Below the pieces are notes generated by a model. It searched no databases and was not told the origin of the DNA. It was given only the letters and a program-made list of their open reading frames with translations. From Zootoca vivipara (taxonomy: Eukaryota): DNA of 64,000 nt. Both the position numbers and the translations under genes were made by a program. The DNA is taken from NCBI RefSeq assembly GCF_963506605.1, contig NC_083289.1:6944001-7008000 (forward strand). The letters are read 5' to 3'. Shown piece by piece: positions 59,228-64,000 of this stretch (positions are counted from its first letter, which is position 1; every line of letters begins with the position of its first letter).

Positions 59228-59460
59228 GTGTCTCCCATCCTGTATTTATGCCTTTCATTTCCTCCCCCCCCCCCCAAGTGTAGTACTTTACATTTCTCCT
59301 TGTTAAAATTCATCTTGTTTGCTTTGGCCCAGTTGTCTAATCTGTTAAGGTCATTTTGAAGTGTGATCCTGTCCTCTGGGGTATTAGCCACCCCTCCCAA
59401 TTTGGTGTCATCTGCAAACTTGCTCAGGATGCCCTCAAGCTCATCATCCGAGTCACTGGA
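59228..59460 (-). mobile_element. CR1 RT fragment whose 3' part is cut off at the right-arm junction
   Basis: SKFADDTKLGGVANTPEDRITLQNDLNRLDNWA...RMGDT, then an abrupt switch to duplicon sequence. Confidence 0.9.
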
Positions 59461-60857
59461 TGATGAAAAGCCACAACTGAAAAGGCCCTGAATATACTTC
59501 CTGTGTTCATGTAAACAATCAGTGCTTTCAAAATAGCCAATGCAGCTTGTTTTGCCCTTGGGAAAGGCTTGAGGGTGCTTTTTGCCAGGTTACTTCATGT
59601 TCACTTTCTGGATGTCTTCAGAAGGCCAGAAACAATTAGCATTTGAATAAAGGGATTTGGTGGTTTTACGTGGTGGTTTTTGTATAATTGGAGCAATTGT
59701 ATAATTTGTTCTTTAGCCAATGAACAAAAATATACATCTGAAGGATCAGTAAAATAAAGCAGCCGGCAAACTGAATAGAAAATGATGCACATGAATTACA
59801 GCATGACCCTCAGACAATGCCCTCTCTGCTTTCTAGGACTCTAGTTAAACCCAGATTCCTCAACAGTGCACCGTCAAAACAAACAGCAGCATTAAACCAG
59901 GCCACAGCATTTGATAAATTGAGAGGGATTTCCTCCCCAGCCCCTCCACCCTAAGTACAGAAAGCTCTCCGCAGCCGGTTTTCCTGTGTTCTGCATAGTC
60001 ATCCATCTTCCCAGACGATGTTTGTTTTTTGTTTGCCAGCAAAACATATACAGTAATTTAGCTTTCCCATAATCTCCCAGCTATAATCCAGACAGATTTC
60101 TCCTGGATTTCTATTATCTAGATTTAGCAATATGTTGTTCACTGGGCAACTTAAATTGCTGCAAAGCCTTTAGTCCTCACAATAAACATATTCTGATGCC
60201 CCTGATAATGGAGACAGCGGATTGTTCTGGACATTAAGCACATGTAAACTTGTATATTTGGAAGGGGCACAGGTTGAACAGCTGGGGCAAAGCCTGAATG
60301 GGGTCCACTAATTTCACTGCACAACAAAAGCACCATCTGATGTTTACATGAGCCCATCATAATAATGAGGGGAATGAGATATAGAGGATCACCAGCAACA
60401 ACTATGACATTTATTTGCAAGGAGCTTTGGAGGACAACAAATATTTCCCTTATGATTTCAAAAATATGGGATGGGAGATGTGTTGGGTGATTGCAGGATT
60501 ACAACCAAGGCTACAATCTAAACACAATTAATAGGAGTAACTCTCATGGAACAAAGTGAGTCTTACACCCGAGTAAACCTGCATAGGATTGCACTGTAAA
60601 GCAGCTCTCTTCTGAGGCCCATTCCTTATTTTGCTTTTGCAAGTCTGCCACAGGGAACCTGATAGGCTAAAGCAGGAAGAGAAGGGAGAAGCTGTTTCCA
60701 GGTGAACACAATCTGGAATTGTCTTCAGATGTAAAACTCTGGGTCATTGCGTAAAACACCATTTGCTTACCTCATTTATTTTCATGCACAATGTGTCCTT
60801 CTGTGGCATAGTTTATTATTTCCCCCATTTTATGGAGACAGAACTGAGGCTGAGCTT

Positions 60858-60998
60858 GGGATAGCTCGGTCAGCAGAGTACTAGACTCTTAATCTCAGAG
60901 TCGTGGGTTTGAGCTCCACCGTGGGCAAAAGATTCCTGCATTGCAAGGTGTTGGACTAGATGACCCTTGGGGTCCCTTCCAATCCTACCATTCTATGA
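60858..60998 (+). mobile_element. tRNA-Lys-headed SINE with a CR1 tail
   Basis: gatagctc...agactcttaatctcagagtcgtgggtttgagc (degenerate tRNA-Lys CTT) fused to ttggactagatgaccc...attctatga. Confidence 0.8.
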
Positions 60999-63900
60999 AA
61001 TAATTACTTGTCAAAGACTATGCAGTAAGGAACCCTTATCCTGAGCTTTGCCTACTAAACTGACTGGCAGTGGCTTTCCGGGTTTCAGGCAGGCATCTTT
61101 TCCCAGCCCTATCTGGAGAGCCCGGGGATTGAACCTGGGGCACTCTGTGTGGAAAATAGATGCTCTGCCACTTAGCTACAGTCTTTCCTCACTTCCGTAG
61201 TGAGACAAAAGGTGAGCTGGGATAAGAATCCCTGTTTTTTGTTACCATGCTAACAACAGGCACATTAGGAAGCTGCCATATCCCACACCAGAGTGGCGTA
61301 CTAGTAAAGTTTGACGTGCAGGAGCTACGGTAATCACGACAGCTCCCATAGTTAGGCCCCCAAAAGGGAACCAAAACCAGCAGGAAGTTGTGCTGCTCAT
61401 CTAGAACCCCCAAAGAGCATCAATTTATTAGGGCCAGCTGCAATTAACAAGGTTCAGTAGTGGTGAGCATGCTGAACTTGGCTGGGGAAACCTGGGCTCA
61501 CTTGACGGAGTGATGTTGGGCCAGTCACTGCCTGAGCCTAGTCTTCTCCAGGGGGGAGAATAATGAGGATAAAGTGAGATAGCCTACTCTAACTCTTAGG
61601 TCAAGGGAGGAAGGGTAGGAAACCAATGTAAACAGCATTAAAGCACCATTTGGTCCACAGATTGCCATTTCACATGCTAATGAGACAAATTTTAAACTAT
61701 TTCACAACATTTTTGTATTGCCCAGCTGTGGATTTTGGTCCAACACAGCTTTGTTCTTACGAACCAGCATGTCTGCTTCTGTTTTCAGAAATACATTTTG
61801 AATGTTATTGATGACATTTATATGACACTTTTCCTGTGCTCAAAATAAGGTTATGTTGGTACCTAACATCTGGGGAAAGTGAAGGTTGTGTTTGGCAATA
61901 TAAAGTCCTGGAAGATATCCGTGTGGCAGGCCCTGGTGACCTAAAGGCAGACAGAAGGTTCTGCAAGGAATCAAGAGAGTCACTCTATACCGTGAGCAGC
62001 TAGATCTGTAGCTGAGCTAGAAAGCGTTCTAACTGCAGAGGCAGCAGATCCAAACCAAAGTCAGCAGCTTTATATATTGTATATTTATTTGACACTTTTG
62101 TCATACGAGGAAGGAAACAATATGGAAAATAGTAGTCAACAAGTGGACAACATCAGCAATATTTCTGCCAATTACAATCTAGTTAAATTATTTTATTTAT
62201 TGTTTGGATTAATAGCCTACCCATCAGTTCAAGCTCTCAGGGCAGGTTCAACAAAACCATTTAAATAACAATTAAAGGTTAAACCCCTAATTCAAGATTT
62301 CAGCAACACTGCTTGCTGCTACTATTACACTTATATTCCACCTTTTCTCCAAGGAGCTCAGGGTGGTGTTGATGGCTCTCCCCCTCTGCATTTTACCCTC
62401 ATGACAACCCAGTGAGTAGCTTAGGCTGAGAGACGGGTTAAGCCAGTGAGCTTCATGGCTGAGAAGGGGCTTGAAACACTGGTCTCCAGGGTCCTCACCC
62501 AACATCCTAAATATCACACCACACAGGTTTGACACTGCAAAGGGGGAAGGCAGCAAGCTTTTACGTCACTCATCCACCCCAAAGGCCTCTTGACCTGGCA
62601 ATGGAAAACACAAAAGGATGCATCTCAAAGGGGAAGAAGTTCCATAACCTGGAGGCCACCACAGAGAAGGCCCTCTCATAATAAAGGATGGGGACTGGGA
62701 AAGTTTATGCCCAGCATGGCCAACAGTCATGGGATGTCGGTAGTTGTAACCCAACAATATCTGGAGAGCACTTGGTTCCCACCCCTGCCATACTGGCTAA
62801 ACTGATATTGAAATAATATACCGTATGTTGGTAATGGAGATATAAGCGGCAAAATTAACTCATTCAGAGATACCTCACCCCCTTTTGGAATTGCATTGCT
62901 CTGCCTCAGGCAGACTGCTAAACCACCGGTGCAGTTCATGCTCATACATTCCTAGGGCTGCTTCTGAAGTTATCCCTTCTGATAACGGAAGGCGGGGGTG
63001 GGGGCTGTGCCAAAGGGAAATGGGTTGTAGCCAGCTCTGCAGGACTAAAGAGTAAGACGAAGTTGGTGATCGTTCAGTATATTTTACTAACTCAACCAAA
63101 TTGGTTTCATAGATTGTACAGCTGTCAGTATGGAGTTGCTTTCTTGCGCAGGCATAATAACAATAGTAGGCTGTGTTTCTCTCCTTGTCTGAGTGTGTGT
63201 GTCTGCACTTATCAAATGTACTTTTTAGTTCTCCTGGCTTGAGTTCAGAGCAGCTCTCTTCTCTGGTTGCCAAAGACAGAGGGAGGGGAACCCAAATTAA
63301 GCTTGGCCCTCTTTATCGGTGAGGTGGCTAAATTTATCCTTAGACTGGCTGCTCTGTCGAGCCAATTTCTCCTTGTCTAACCTGCTCTAAACTGTAGTGT
63401 GAGAAACTATATCCACACTAACCCCCCCCCCCATTTTTATTACTCAAGCAATGCAATACAAAATTGTTTGGGCTGAATAAGTTTTCAGTTCATAGGTCTG
63501 ATGTTGTTAGAGGCTTCAATGCTTAGTATATATTTTAATGTGACTCCCTTCCCCTTCGTAATTGTGTTTCCCAGTGCAAATTAAAAGGTATATAAAGGAA
63601 TTTATTTGTATTTATTTATTTAAATAATTACTACCTGCTCTTCATTGTTCACACAAGACCAGAGCAAGAGAAAACAATGAAATACAATAAAGCGATTATT
63701 TCATTCGAACACAATTTAGTATAAAATCAAGCAGTGTACTAATGGCATAACTACATCAGTCAAGTGAGGGGCACTACTTTAACCAAATGCTTGGGTGAAT
63801 AGCCATGTATTTACCTCCATTAGCGTTGGTGCTGCTTGCATCATCTGGGAGGGGGGCACTGCAGAATCAGGGTGCTGCCACTGCTGAGAGTGCCATTGCA

Positions 63901-64000
63901 TTATATCTCAGAGAACTGTGGCACCATGAGGACATCCCCCCCCCAATGACCTCAAAGTCAGGGCAGGTATATAAGGGAGCAGGTGGTCTTTCAGGAATCT

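Noticed and set aside
60858-60930. tRNA-Lys(CTT)-like sequence
   Set aside because: Many stem-breaking changes and a fused CR1 tail; it is a SINE head, not a tRNA gene
59460-64000. Expected RFX7 exons from human synteny
   Set aside because: None recognised in this window

Overview
Vertebrate genomic DNA. The repeat content (Sauria SINEs, a tRNA-Lys/CR1-tail SINE, CR1, RTE-BovB, L2, Penelope fragments, Copia) points to a squamate, probably a lacertid lizard (inference). The centre holds two complete, convergent ciliary/testis genes built by hand from splice sites: MNS1 (+, 10 coding exons, 14655-24375, 502 aa) and TEX9 (-, 12 coding exons, 46972-25170, 402 aa, one GC-AG intron). Both have CpG-island promoters with RFX X-boxes. 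The main unexplained structure is a large inverted duplication that brackets the gene pair: left arm 2716-12596 and right arm 52183-59227, about 95-97% identical by eye, enclosing about 39.6 kb. Each arm carries a compact 9-exon gene that the ORF track does not show. It points outward, has its own X-box/GC-box/TATA-like promoter, and encodes about 222 aa of helical protein that I recognise from memory as resembling reptile maestro HEAT-like repeat (MROH)-like proteins. The right copy is open across all nine exons but lacks an obvious ATG. The left copy has three premature stops, a 48-bp tandem duplication and two arm-specific TE insertions (a 1.5-kb hAT element and a 1.2-kb L1-type retroposon), whose empty sites are visible in the right arm. 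There is one 208-N assembly gap, inside a hAT element.
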